From: a bacterium
Lineage (GTDB): Bacteria > Bacteroidota > Bacteroidia > Bacteroidales > Tannerellaceae
Length of the DNA: 64,000 nucleotides
Reading direction: 5' to 3'
Assembly: GCA_963657455.1 (NCBI GenBank)
Contig: CAVKMU010000005.1
Coordinates: forward strand, 23,949 to 87,948
Below are positions 24,736 to 36,369 of the stretch, piece by piece. Position 1 is the first letter of the stretch. Every line of letters begins with the position of its first letter. The position numbers and the translations under genes were made by a program. The notes under the pieces are model-generated. The model was not told the DNA's origin. It did no database searches and worked only from the letters and a program-made list of their open reading frames with translations.

Positions 24736-25602
24736 ATGTCATCATTGAAAGAGATCAAGAGCCGTATCGCGTCAATCAATAGTACGCAAAAGATTACGGC
24801 TGCCATGAAGATGGTTTCTTCAGCCAAGTTGCATCGTGCTCAGGCTGCCACCGAACATACGTTGGCCTACTCGCAACAGTTGTCTGAAATTTTCAACAGC
24901 TTGCTGAGCGACAACAACGATATCGATTCACCTTTGATGGCTAAACGCGAAGTGAAGAGTGTAGCCCTTGTCGTATTCTCAGCCAATTCAGGACTTTGCG
25001 GGGTGTTTAATGCCAACGTTTGGAAAGCCCTGAACGAGCAATTGAAAGAATACGAGGCTAAGCAAATTCGCCCAGTCATCTACCCTGTTGGAAAGAGTGT
25101 TGCCAAGGAACTTGACAAAGCCGGATACGATTATTGTCACGACTTCATAGGAGCGACCGACAAACTGTCGTTCGAGACGGCACTCTCGCTGGCCAAACGG
25201 TTGCAAGAGTTGTTCTTATCGAAAGAAGTTGATCAAGTTGTGTTGCTCTATCACCATTTCAAAAACATGGCACAGCAGATCATCACGAAGCAATCCTACC
25301 TTCCCATTTCACTGGAAGGGCAAACAACTCAAAGCACTGAAGGCTATGTTTCAGACTATATTCTGGAACCCTCGACCGATGAGTTGCTGGAAGTATTGTT
25401 TCCAAAGATGTTGAATTTACAAATCTATACCGTCATGTTGGATACGACAACGGCAGAACATGCCGCTCGTATGATGGCTATGCAAACGGCCAACGACAAT
25501 GCCAACGACTTGATTCAGGAGTTGACATTACAATACAACAAGACACGTCAGCAAGCCATCACCAACGAATTGTTGGATATCATGGGTGGAAGTCAGAAAT
25601 AA
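24736..25602 (+). CDS. atpG: F1 ATP synthase gamma subunit
   Basis: KITAAMKMVS, GLCG, ARMMAM, RQQAITNEL. Confidence 0.97.
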   Translation: MSSLKEIKSRIASINSTQKITAAMKMVSSAKLHRAQAATEHTLAYSQQLSEIFNSLLSDNNDIDSPLMAKREVKSVALVVFSANSGLCGVFNANVWKALNEQLKEYEAKQIRPVIYPVGKSVAKELDKAGYDYCHDFIGATDKLSFETALSLAKRLQELFLSKEVDQVVLLYHHFKNMAQQIITKQSYLPISLEGQTTQSTEGYVSDYILEPSTDELLEVLFPKMLNLQIYTVMLDTTTAEHAARMMAMQTANDNANDLIQELTLQYNKTRQQAITNELLDIMGGSQK

Positions 25603-25620
25603 AAGCTTCCCATCATATTT

Positions 25621-25663
25621 AAAAGAGCACACTTTCCTCTTCGGATGGAAGTTGTGCTTTTTT
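25621..25663 (+). terminator. intrinsic terminator of the atp operon
   Basis: AGAGCACA..TTCC / GGAA..TGTGCTTT hairpin with T tract. Confidence 0.75.
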
Positions 25664-25850
25664 ATTTTTCTTCTATTTCACCATAATTTCACTCCTTATG
25701 TGAAATTCATTCAAAAGAAACCTGTTTTTTTGTTTTTTTTTTGCACCTTTGACCACTAAAGCGAAACTCGCCCTGACGTTGGGGTTCAGAAGCGTATTTG
25801 CTGTGAATGTATTAACAACATACCTTTAATTTATTTTTAAGAGGAAGTAA

Positions 25851-27743
25851 ATGAGAAAATGGAAAATTGAAGATTCAGCCGAGTTGTACAATGTCAACGG
25901 TTGGGGGCTGGATTATTTTTCGGTGAACGACAAGGGGCATGTTGCCGTAAAGCCCAAAGCAGACGGTCCGACCATCGATTTGGAGGAATTGATGGAAGAG
26001 CTACAAATACAGGACGTGGCTGCACCTGTCTTGCTTCGGTTTCCCGATATCTTGAACAATCGTATTGAGAAGATATCGCATTGTTTTGAAAATGCTGCCC
26101 AAGAATATGGGTTTACAGCGAAAAATTACATCATTTATCCTATTAAGGTAAATCAAATGCGACCCGTTGTTGAAGAGATTGTCAGCCATGGCAATAAGTT
26201 CAACATCGGGTTGGAAGCAGGTTCGAAACCCGAACTGCATGCTGTTCTTTCGATTGACATCGACAATGACGCCATGATTATCTGCAACGGCTACAAAGAT
26301 GAAAGCTACATCGAGCTGGCTCTTCTGGCCCAAAAGATGGGACGCCAAATATTTTTGGTAGTCGAGAAGATGATCGAACTCAAGACGATTGCCGCCCTTG
26401 CCAAACGGATGAAGGTAATGCCCAACATCGGCATCCGCATCAAGTTGTCCAGCTCAGGAAGCGGCAAGTGGGAAGAGTCGGGGGGCGATGTAAGCAAGTT
26501 CGGATTGAACTCGAGCGAATTGCTTGAAGCCTTGGAATTGTTGGAGGAGAATGGCTTGAAAGATGCCTTGAAGCTGATCCATTTCCACATCGGAAGTCAA
26601 GTGACGAACATCCGTCGCATCAAGACAGCCCTCCGCGAGGCTACCCAATTTTATGTACAACTCAAACAGATGGGCTTCAACATCCATTTTGTGGATATCG
26701 GCGGAGGCCTTGGCGTCGATTACGACGGAACGCGTTCGGCTCTGAGTGGAAACAGCATGAACTACTCCATCCAAGAGTATGTGAACGATGCCGTTTCGTC
26801 ATTGGCTGACGTCTGCAAGAAGTTTAATCTTGAACAACCCAACATTATCACCGAGTCGGGCCGTTCGTTAACCGCCCACCATTCGGTACTTGTCATCGAA
26901 GCCTTGGCAAGTACAAGTCTGCCGGCATGCGATGAAAACGAAGAGTTGCAGCCCGATGCTCATGAATTGGTGCGCGAACTCTATAACTTATGGGACAATC
27001 TGAACCAACCCCGTCTGATCGAAACATGGCACGATACCCTGCAATGCCGCGAAGAAGCACTGGAGTTGTTCAACTTGGGCTTGATCGACTTGAAGACACG
27101 CGCACAGGTAGAGCGTCTGTTTTGGTCCATCGCCCGCGATATTTTCGAAATGGCAGAAGGCGTCAAGCATGCGCCCGATGAGCTGAAGAAGATATCAAAG
27201 ATGTTGCCGGACAAGTATTTCTGCAACTTCTCCCTCTTCCAATCATTGCCGGATTCATGGGCAATCGATCAGATTTTCCCCGTGATGCCGCTCAGCCGTT
27301 TGAATGAACAACCGACGAAATCGGCCACGTTGCAAGACATCACGTGCGACTCGGACGGAAAGATCGACAACTTCATCTCGACCCGCAACTTCTCTTATCA
27401 CTTACCAGTTCACAAACTGCGCCAAGGCGAGCATTACTACATAGGCGTCTTCCTTGTAGGGGCTTATCAGGAGATTTTGGGCGACCTGCACAACTTGTTT
27501 GGCGATACGAATGCTGTCCATATCAAGGTGAAGGGCGACAAGTATGTGATCGACAAGGTTATCGAGGGCGAGACCGTAGCCGACGTGTTGGAATACGTAC
27601 AATTCAATCCGAAACGAATGGCACGCGCCATAGAAGTATGGGTAGCAGCCTCCGTGAAGAAGGGGAATATCTCGGCCGAAGAAGGACGTGAATTCCTATC
27701 GAACTACCGCTCCGGATTGTATGGCTACACCTATTTGGAATAA
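25851..27743 (+). CDS. speA: biosynthetic arginine decarboxylase
   Basis: YPIKVNQ (PLP lysine), GLEAGSKPE, HFHIGSQ, DIGGGLG, ESGR, DITCDSDG. Confidence 0.96.
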   Translation: MRKWKIEDSAELYNVNGWGLDYFSVNDKGHVAVKPKADGPTIDLEELMEELQIQDVAAPVLLRFPDILNNRIEKISHCFENAAQEYGFTAKNYIIYPIKVNQMRPVVEEIVSHGNKFNIGLEAGSKPELHAVLSIDIDNDAMIICNGYKDESYIELALLAQKMGRQIFLVVEKMIELKTIAALAKRMKVMPNIGIRIKLSSSGSGKWEESGGDVSKFGLNSSELLEALELLEENGLKDALKLIHFHIGSQVTNIRRIKTALREATQFYVQLKQMGFNIHFVDIGGGLGVDYDGTRSALSGNSMNYSIQEYVNDAVSSLADVCKKFNLEQPNIITESGRSLTAHHSVLVIEALASTSLPACDENEELQPDAHELVRELYNLWDNLNQPRLIETWHDTLQCREEALELFNLGLIDLKTRAQVERLFWSIARDIFEMAEGVKHAPDELKKISKMLPDKYFCNFSLFQSLPDSWAIDQIFPVMPLSRLNEQPTKSATLQDITCDSDGKIDNFISTRNFSYHLPVHKLRQGEHYYIGVFLVGAYQEILGDLHNLFGDTNAVHIKVKGDKYVIDKVIEGETVADVLEYVQFNPKRMARAIEVWVAASVKKGNISAEEGREFLSNYRSGLYGYTYLE

Positions 27744-27769
27744 TAAGCAGTCCATTACCCTATAAAGAG

Positions 27770-27803
27770 AAAAGCCGGTACAAAGTGTCTTGTTCCGGCT
27801 TTT
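27770..27803 (+). terminator. intrinsic terminator after speA
   Basis: AAAAGCCGG.ACAA / TTGT.CCGGCTTTT. Confidence 0.75.
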
Positions 27804-27857
27804 GTTCTTACGCCCCTACCCTTTCATAATGTCCTTGGTGAACTTCATGGAATAATA

Positions 27858-27980
27858 TCGGCAACAAGGGGAAAGCATCTCCCGAGCTTTGAAAAAGTTT
27901 CACCCGAGAAAACTGCAGTTCATTCGGGAGAAAACCGGAGTTCACTCCCGAATGAACTATTGTTTCATGTCGAGAAACTA
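27858..27980. repeat. 22-bp lattice repeat array C (palindromic-linker type)
   Basis: Cores 27858 TCGGCAA, 27879 CTCCCGA, 27901 CACCCGA, 27924 TCGGGAG, 27945 CTCCCGA, 27967 ATGTCGA; shares the 21-mer ATTCGGGAGAAAACCGGAGTT with array A. Confidence 0.88.
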
Positions 27981-28190
27981 AAAAATTGCCGGAAGCCTTT
28001 CTCTTTTTCTCTCTACATAAAAAAAAGAAAAATCGCTTTATGTTGAATCGATAAAGGAGAGAACTTATACAATCCGTCCATGGGCATATTCTTCATTGCC
28101 TGCCTCTTCTTTTTCCTCGAGCAGCAAGAACTGTTGGTGTTTTCCGGATAATTCTATATATTTGCGTGTTATCTATAAAAAACGATAGAG

Positions 28191-30014
28191 ATGAAGAATA
28201 ATTTGCACCGGCATTGGATGGCAGCTCTCTTGAGTGCCTCAATACTGACCGCTTGTACCGAAAAAAGCATTTATAACTTGGCAGACTATGGGGTAACCCC
28301 CGACAACACGGAGAATGCCGCACCGCTCATTGTCGATGCCCTGAAGAAAATTGCTCCCAAGGCAGACGGAAGCAAGACGATCACTATTCAGTTGCAGAAA
28401 GGCACCTACCATTTCTATCCGGAAAACGCCGAGCAACGTGAGTATTTTATCTCAAACCATGATCAGGACAATCCAAAAACAGTAGGTATCCCGTTGGAAG
28501 GATGGAAAAATATTGTGTTCGACGGACAAGGATCGGAGTTTATCTTTCATGGACGAATGCTGCCGGTTTCATTGCTGAACTCCGAAGATTGCACACTGCA
28601 GAACTTCAGTATCGACTTCGACAATCCACAAATCAGCCAAATCAAGATTGTGGAAAACGACAGCGTGAACGGCTATATCACCTACGAAATCGCCCCATGG
28701 GTCACCTATGAGATGCGCGACAGCGTCATGGTTTCGAAAGGAGACGGTTGGGAAAGCATCAACAAAGGCGGCATTGCCTTCGAAAGCGACACCCGACACC
28801 TCGTATACAACAGCAGCGATCTCAGCTTTGCCAACAAAGGAGCAGTCGAAGTGGCTTCGCGTACCATCAAAGTGCCCTGGAAAAACAATTTCTTGAAAGC
28901 AGGAACCGTTGTGGCAACCCGCAGCTGGGCACGCCCCAATCCCGGCATTTTCGTATCGTATGACAAGAACACAACGCTGAAAGATATCACCGTTCACTAT
29001 GCAGAAGGCATGGGTGTATTGGCCCAAATGAGCGAAAACATTACGCTCGACCATTTCAATGTCTGCTTGCGCGGTGATGATGATCCCCGCTACTTCACGA
29101 CGCAAGCCGATGCCACCCACTTCTCGGGTTGCAAAGGGAAAATCACCTCCATCAACGGATTGTATGAAGGCATGATGGACGATGCCATCAATATCCACGG
29201 CACCTACTTGAAAGTGATAAAACGGGTTGACGACCACACCTTGCAAGCTGCCTATATGCATGGGCAAGCATACGGGTTCGAATGGGGATACGCCGGCGAC
29301 TCTGTGCAGTTCATCCATTCGAATGTAATGGAAGTGTTCGATGCCAAAAACCGCATTGCCGGCATCAAGGCTCTCGACAAACCGACGGCTCACGGCGCAA
29401 AATTGTTTGAAATTTCCTTCGAACAAGAGGTTCCGGCCGGCATCGACGAGAATGGCGCCTACGGCATCGAGAATCTTGAGTGGACACCTGAAGTCTATTT
29501 TGCCAACAACACGATCCGCAACAACCGTGCTCGTGGTACGCTGTTCAGCACCCCACGCAAGACTGTCATTGAAAACAATGTCTACGACCATACATCAGGC
29601 ACTGCCATCTTGCTGTGCGGCGACTGCAATGGGTGGTACGAAACGGGAGCTTGCCACGATGTAATCATCCGAAACAACAAGTTTATCAATGCCTTGACTT
29701 GTATGTTTCAATTCACGAATGCTGTAATTTCCATCTATCCTGAGATTCCCAATTTGGACGATCAACAGCAATATTTCCATAGCAATATCATTATCGAAAA
29801 CAACGAATTCGACACGTTCGATCAACCGATTGTCTATGCGAAGTCGGTCGATGGGCTTACATTCCGCCACAATACGATCCGACAAAACAATGACTATCCG
29901 GCATTTCACCGGAATAATCACCGTTTCCTGCTCGAGCGCGTGATCAACTATACGATTGAAGAGAACGAGTTTTCGAATGGCTTCGATGCAAAAAGTGATA
30001 TCGTAGTAAAATAA
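28191..30014 (+). CDS. GH110 alpha-1,3-galactosidase lipoprotein
   Basis: Lipobox LTAC; YFISNHD, DATHFSGC, MMDDAINIHG, NNRARG; parallel beta-helix character; TATATTTG box at 28157-28164. Confidence 0.88.
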   Translation: MKNNLHRHWMAALLSASILTACTEKSIYNLADYGVTPDNTENAAPLIVDALKKIAPKADGSKTITIQLQKGTYHFYPENAEQREYFISNHDQDNPKTVGIPLEGWKNIVFDGQGSEFIFHGRMLPVSLLNSEDCTLQNFSIDFDNPQISQIKIVENDSVNGYITYEIAPWVTYEMRDSVMVSKGDGWESINKGGIAFESDTRHLVYNSSDLSFANKGAVEVASRTIKVPWKNNFLKAGTVVATRSWARPNPGIFVSYDKNTTLKDITVHYAEGMGVLAQMSENITLDHFNVCLRGDDDPRYFTTQADATHFSGCKGKITSINGLYEGMMDDAINIHGTYLKVIKRVDDHTLQAAYMHGQAYGFEWGYAGDSVQFIHSNVMEVFDAKNRIAGIKALDKPTAHGAKLFEISFEQEVPAGIDENGAYGIENLEWTPEVYFANNTIRNNRARGTLFSTPRKTVIENNVYDHTSGTAILLCGDCNGWYETGACHDVIIRNNKFINALTCMFQFTNAVISIYPEIPNLDDQQQYFHSNIIIENNEFDTFDQPIVYAKSVDGLTFRHNTIRQNNDYPAFHRNNHRFLLERVINYTIEENEFSNGFDAKSDIVVK

Positions 30015-30080
30015 AAACAGAAAGCAGATATAAATTATTTTGTTATATTTGTCCCATTAAAATAAAAACGATCAAATATC

Positions 30081-31178
30081 ATGGCTAAAACGAAAGAAGA
30101 GCTGTTGGCTATTTTAAGCCAATTCGATTTGAAAGAAAAAGTAGTTTCCGCTGAACCATTCGGAAACGGACACATTAATGATACACTGAAAGTCACGACA
30201 GAATCAGGTGAAGCAAAATATGTGTTGCAACGTATCAACCATTTGATTTTCACAAATGTGGAAATGTTGCAGAACAATATACATGTCGTCACCTCTCATA
30301 TTCGCGAAAAACTCGTAGAGAGAGGCGAAAGTGATGTCGACCGCAAAGTATTGACCTTCTATCCGACAAAAGAGGGAAAGCGCTATTACTTCGACGGAGA
30401 CAGCTACTGGCGTGTCAGTTTGCTTATTCCCCGCAGCAAAAGCTACGAAGAGGTAACGCCGGAACTCTCCTACGAAGCAGGCAAAGCATTCGGCGACTTC
30501 CAGACAATGTTGTCAGATATTCCTGAAGGAACACTGGGAGAAACAATCCCCGACTTCCACAATATGGAGTTCCGCTTGCAGCAATTCCACGAAGCCATCC
30601 AAGCCAATGCGGCCGGACGCCTCGACGAAGTGAAAGAGTTGGTAGACGAGATCGAGAAACGCGCGGATGCCATGTGTATCCAAGAGCGACTCTATCGGGA
30701 AGGGAAACTGAAGAAACGCACGAACCACTGCGATACGAAAGTGAACAATATTCTGTTCGATGCCGATACGGATCACGTCTTGTGCGTCATCGACCTTGAT
30801 ACTGTAATGCCGGGCTTCGTACTCTCCGACATCGGAGACTTCATTCGTACGGCCGGCAATACGGGAGCAGAAGACGACAAGAACCTCGACAATGTCAATG
30901 TCAATATTCCTATTTTTGAAGCCTACACGAAAGGTTATATGGAGAAGGCAAAAGCATTCTTGACACCGACCGAGATCAAGTTGCTTCCGTATGGTGGCCG
31001 TCTGTTGACTTACATGCAGACTGTCCGCTTCCTGACCGACTATTTGAATGGCGATACTTACTATAAGATTCATAGCCCAAAGCATAATTTGATCCGTACC
31101 AAAGCACAGTTCAAATTGTTGCAGAGCCTCGAAGCTCATGCCGCTGAGATGGATGCATTCATGAGCCAATGGCTTTAA
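30081..31178 (+). CDS. aminoglycoside-phosphotransferase-fold kinase (N-acetylhexosamine 1-kinase-like)
   Basis: GNGHINDT, LQRIN, HCDTKVNN (Brenner motif), IDLDTVMPG, RFLTDYLNGD; own TATATTTG box at 30044-30051. Confidence 0.82.
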   Translation: MAKTKEELLAILSQFDLKEKVVSAEPFGNGHINDTLKVTTESGEAKYVLQRINHLIFTNVEMLQNNIHVVTSHIREKLVERGESDVDRKVLTFYPTKEGKRYYFDGDSYWRVSLLIPRSKSYEEVTPELSYEAGKAFGDFQTMLSDIPEGTLGETIPDFHNMEFRLQQFHEAIQANAAGRLDEVKELVDEIEKRADAMCIQERLYREGKLKKRTNHCDTKVNNILFDADTDHVLCVIDLDTVMPGFVLSDIGDFIRTAGNTGAEDDKNLDNVNVNIPIFEAYTKGYMEKAKAFLTPTEIKLLPYGGRLLTYMQTVRFLTDYLNGDTYYKIHSPKHNLIRTKAQFKLLQSLEAHAAEMDAFMSQWL

Positions 31179-31193
31179 TCGAAAGAAGAAAAG

Positions 31194-32474
31194 ATGAGTA
31201 CACAAGATATTAAACGCCAAATATCGCCCGTTGCGTGGGTTCCGACCGTTTACTTTGCCATGGGTATGCCCTTTGTGGTATTGAATATGGTAACGGCTTT
31301 GATGTTTAAGGGATTAGGCATCTCGGATGCCCAAATTGCATTCTGGACATCCATCATCATGTTCCCATGGACCATCAAACCTCTTTGGAGCCCCTTCCTG
31401 GAGATGTTCAAAACGAAGAAATATTTCGTGGTAATGACGCAATTCTGCTCGGGTATATTCTTCGGATTGGTGGCATTGTCTTTGCAATTGCCCCACTTCT
31501 TTGCCATCGCCATTGCGCTGTTGGCAGTCGTTGCCTTCAGTGGTGCAACCCACGATGTGGCGACAGACGGTGTCTACATGGCCGTATTGAGCAAAGAGGA
31601 TCAAGCGAAATATATCGGATGGCAAGGTGCTTTCTACAATGTAGCCAAGTTGGCTGCAACAGGTGGACTGGTCTATCTTGCAGGAATCTTGATCGAACGC
31701 ATCGGAACCGTCAATGCGTGGATGACCATCATGGGTTGTTGCGGAGCAATCATGATCTTGTTGGGCTTCTACCACTGGAAGATGTTGCCAAGTGATAAAG
31801 AGTCAGCCACTCACCAAGTAGTATCAGCACACGACACATGGGTAATGCTGAAAGAGGTGATCGTCACTTTCTTCCAAAAGAAATACATTCTCCTCTACAT
31901 CTGCTTCATTATTCTCTATCGTTTTGCCGAAGGGTTGGTAATCAAGATCGTGCCACTTTTCATGAAAGCATCACTCGAAAGCGGCGGTTTGGGATTGACA
32001 GAACAGCAGATCGGACTCTATTATGGATCGTTTGGTGCAGCAGCGTTTGTATTGGGATCGTTCTTGGCCGGCTACTTTATTTCGCACTATGGATTGAAGA
32101 AGACACTGTTCACATTGTGTTTGGTATTCAACATTCCGTTCATTGTCTACCCATTGTTGGCCATCTACCAACCGGATAGCGCGTGGTTGATCGGCGGCGG
32201 TATCACATTTGAATACTTCGGTTATGGCTTTGGCTTCGTAGGATTGACCCTGTTCATGATGCAACAAGTGGCACCGGGCAAGCATCAGATGGCCCACTAC
32301 GCCTTTGCTTCAGGTATCATGAACCTTGGAGTGATGATTCCGGGCATGATGAGCGGATTGCTTAGTGACTGGCTTGGCTACAAGACATTCTTCATTGTGG
32401 CCATGTTTGCGGCAATCCCTGTATTGATAATGGTTAAGTTCTTGCCGTTCACCTACTCGGACGAAAAGAAATAG
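31194..32474 (+). CDS. MFS transporter, AmpG-like (second paralogue)
   Basis: YFAMGMP, WTIKPLWSP, GATHDVATDG, FGYGFG; clearly related to 6649-7899. Confidence 0.85.
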   Translation: MSTQDIKRQISPVAWVPTVYFAMGMPFVVLNMVTALMFKGLGISDAQIAFWTSIIMFPWTIKPLWSPFLEMFKTKKYFVVMTQFCSGIFFGLVALSLQLPHFFAIAIALLAVVAFSGATHDVATDGVYMAVLSKEDQAKYIGWQGAFYNVAKLAATGGLVYLAGILIERIGTVNAWMTIMGCCGAIMILLGFYHWKMLPSDKESATHQVVSAHDTWVMLKEVIVTFFQKKYILLYICFIILYRFAEGLVIKIVPLFMKASLESGGLGLTEQQIGLYYGSFGAAAFVLGSFLAGYFISHYGLKKTLFTLCLVFNIPFIVYPLLAIYQPDSAWLIGGGITFEYFGYGFGFVGLTLFMMQQVAPGKHQMAHYAFASGIMNLGVMIPGMMSGLLSDWLGYKTFFIVAMFAAIPVLIMVKFLPFTYSDEKK

Positions 32475-32567
32475 TGAACAAGACGGTCCGAAACCGTCCG
32501 GAAAACAAGATAAAAGTTTGTGAGGGAGAGAAAGCTGAAAAGCCTATCAACTCACAAACTTTTTTTG

Positions 32568-34326
<1,759 letters not shown>

Positions 34327-34331
34327 TAATC

Positions 34332-36170
34332 ATGAAAGAGAAAGTACGCTTTCTGTTGCTCAGCTATTTCGCCTGGTTTCCACTCTTCATGGTGCAAAAA
34401 CCGTGGTTCATGCTCTACAACCGCTCGTTGGCCGACGGATATACGTCGGGGGATGTATGGGATGTAGTGCTTCACGGAGTGAAATTGGATGCGACAGTAG
34501 CCGGTTATTTGACCATTATCCCCTTGCTGCTCACCCTTGTTTCCACATGGGTGGCCGGTGCATGGTATAAGAAAGTACTGAAAGCGTACTGGCTCATTGC
34601 CATGTTGATCGTCGCACTGATCTGCGTTGTCGACATGGCTCTCTACTCTTTTTGGGGATTTCGCCTCGACTCTACCCTTTTCTTCTACTTGCAATCCCCC
34701 AAAGATGCTATGGCCAGTGTTCCGATCCGCTTGCTGATCCAGCAGGTAGCATCGTTTCTACTTTATAGTTTCATCGGAGGGTTCTATTGGAAGAAACTAC
34801 TTTCGTATACGCCAGTTGCTGCTGTAAAAAGCAAAATCCGCACTTCGTGCGCCATATTGTTACTGGGCGGGGTGATGTTCATTCCCATCCGAGGTGGAGT
34901 AACCACCTCGACGGCCAATGTCGGAATGGTTTACTTCAGTCAAAAACAATTCCTGAACCATTCTGCCATCAACCCTTGTTTCAGTCTCCTCGCCTCCCTC
35001 TCGAAGCAAGAAGACTTCGCCCATCAGTTTGATTTCTTGCCGGAAGAGCAACGTCTGCAGACAATAGATTCGCTACTCGCTCCTGTCGAAGTTCCCGATT
35101 CAAGCCGGATAGAGTTATTGACGACGAAAACGCCCAACATACTGATCATCATCATGGAAGGTATCACTGCCAATGCAGTAGAAGCCGTAGGAGGAGAAGC
35201 CAATATAACTCCTTGCCTCAACCGGATCAGCCACGAAGGCATTCTTTTTACGAATGTCTACGCCAACTCCTTCCGTACGGATCGCGGACTGGTGGCAGTG
35301 CTGAACGGCTATTTGGCTCAACCTACCACTTCGATCATGAAGTACCCGGCCAAGAGTCAGACGCTACCGTCGATTGCCCATAGTTTAGCAACCAAAGGCT
35401 ACCGTTCAGACATGCTTTACGGGGGAGACATCAACTTTACCAATATGCAAAGCTACTTCTTCAGCTCCGGATATAGCCGTATCACTTCCGACAAGGATTT
35501 CCCCATTGGCGACCGACTCAGCAAATGGGGAGCCAATGATGATGTCACTTTCACATGGCTTCAGCAGGAGCTGGAGAAACGTGCACAAGAGACGACCCCA
35601 TGGATGACGACATTCCTCACCTTGAGCAGTCACGAACCGTTTGAGGTACCCTACCATCGGTTGTCACACCCCTACTTGAATTCTGTAGCATTCACCGACA
35701 GTTGTCTCGGTCATTTCATTGATCAACTCAAAATGTCTCCGGTGTGGAATAATTTGCTTGTCGTGATGGTATCCGACCATGGATTCCGCTATCCGGATGG
35801 ATTGAAAGATTATGAGCCTCGTCGCTACCATATTCCCATGATTTGGACAGGGGGTGCCGTAAAAGAGCCGAGAGTAATCGATACGGTCTGCAACCAAACA
35901 GACTTGGCCGCGACCCTTCTCGGGCAATTGGCTATTCCTCACGACGAGTTCCTCTTCAGTAAGGAAATTACAGCTCCTCACCGTTGCGACTATGCCTTCT
36001 ATACCTTCTCGAATGGCTTCGGCTTTACGGATAGCATGGGCCACTTTACCGTCTTCGACAATGAGAGCCAACGTATTCTATTCGATGATGAAAATGGAGA
36101 CGGAACGGATCGTTTGCGAAAGGGACAAGCCCTCTTGCAAACCCTTTATGACGACCTCGGCAGCCGCTGA
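34332..36170 (+). CDS. LTA-synthase/sulfatase-family membrane protein
   Basis: Five N-terminal TM segments; PNILIIIMEG, RTDRG, TLSSHEPF, SDHG. Confidence 0.88.
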   Translation: MKEKVRFLLLSYFAWFPLFMVQKPWFMLYNRSLADGYTSGDVWDVVLHGVKLDATVAGYLTIIPLLLTLVSTWVAGAWYKKVLKAYWLIAMLIVALICVVDMALYSFWGFRLDSTLFFYLQSPKDAMASVPIRLLIQQVASFLLYSFIGGFYWKKLLSYTPVAAVKSKIRTSCAILLLGGVMFIPIRGGVTTSTANVGMVYFSQKQFLNHSAINPCFSLLASLSKQEDFAHQFDFLPEEQRLQTIDSLLAPVEVPDSSRIELLTTKTPNILIIIMEGITANAVEAVGGEANITPCLNRISHEGILFTNVYANSFRTDRGLVAVLNGYLAQPTTSIMKYPAKSQTLPSIAHSLATKGYRSDMLYGGDINFTNMQSYFFSSGYSRITSDKDFPIGDRLSKWGANDDVTFTWLQQELEKRAQETTPWMTTFLTLSSHEPFEVPYHRLSHPYLNSVAFTDSCLGHFIDQLKMSPVWNNLLVVMVSDHGFRYPDGLKDYEPRRYHIPMIWTGGAVKEPRVIDTVCNQTDLAATLLGQLAIPHDEFLFSKEITAPHRCDYAFYTFSNGFGFTDSMGHFTVFDNESQRILFDDENGDGTDRLRKGQALLQTLYDDLGSR

Positions 36171-36190
36171 AAAAAGAGTTATAAAAAAAA

Positions 36191-36285
36191 CTCCCGATGA
36201 ATGAAGAAAAAGGTTCCGAGCTTTTTCTAAAAAACACCCCATGATTTTTTTAATTCATCGGGAAGAAAAATAAGACGCTCGGGAG
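36191..36285. repeat. 22-bp lattice repeat array G (A/T-tract linkers)
   Basis: Cores 36191 CTCCCGA, 36213 GTTCCGA, 36235 CACCCCA, 36258 TCGGGAA, 36279 TCGGGAG; 11-bp inverted repeat 36192-36202 / 36253-36263. Confidence 0.8.
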
Positions 36286-36369
36286 ATCATATTCCAACCA
36301 AACGAGCCTGATGTTTATACCCCGGGCACGTTATTCTATATAATAAAGAAATTGTTTTAAAATCCATCC

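Noticed and set aside
28569..29591. Long antisense ORFs (e.g. 28569-29591, 56993-58009, 3006-3767, 23235-23924)
   Set aside because: Shadow frames opposite well-supported genes, with no recognisable motifs.
30081..31178. Aminoglycoside resistance gene
   Set aside because: The motifs fit the sugar-kinase branch of the APH fold and the context is chromosomal housekeeping, with no mobile-element signs.
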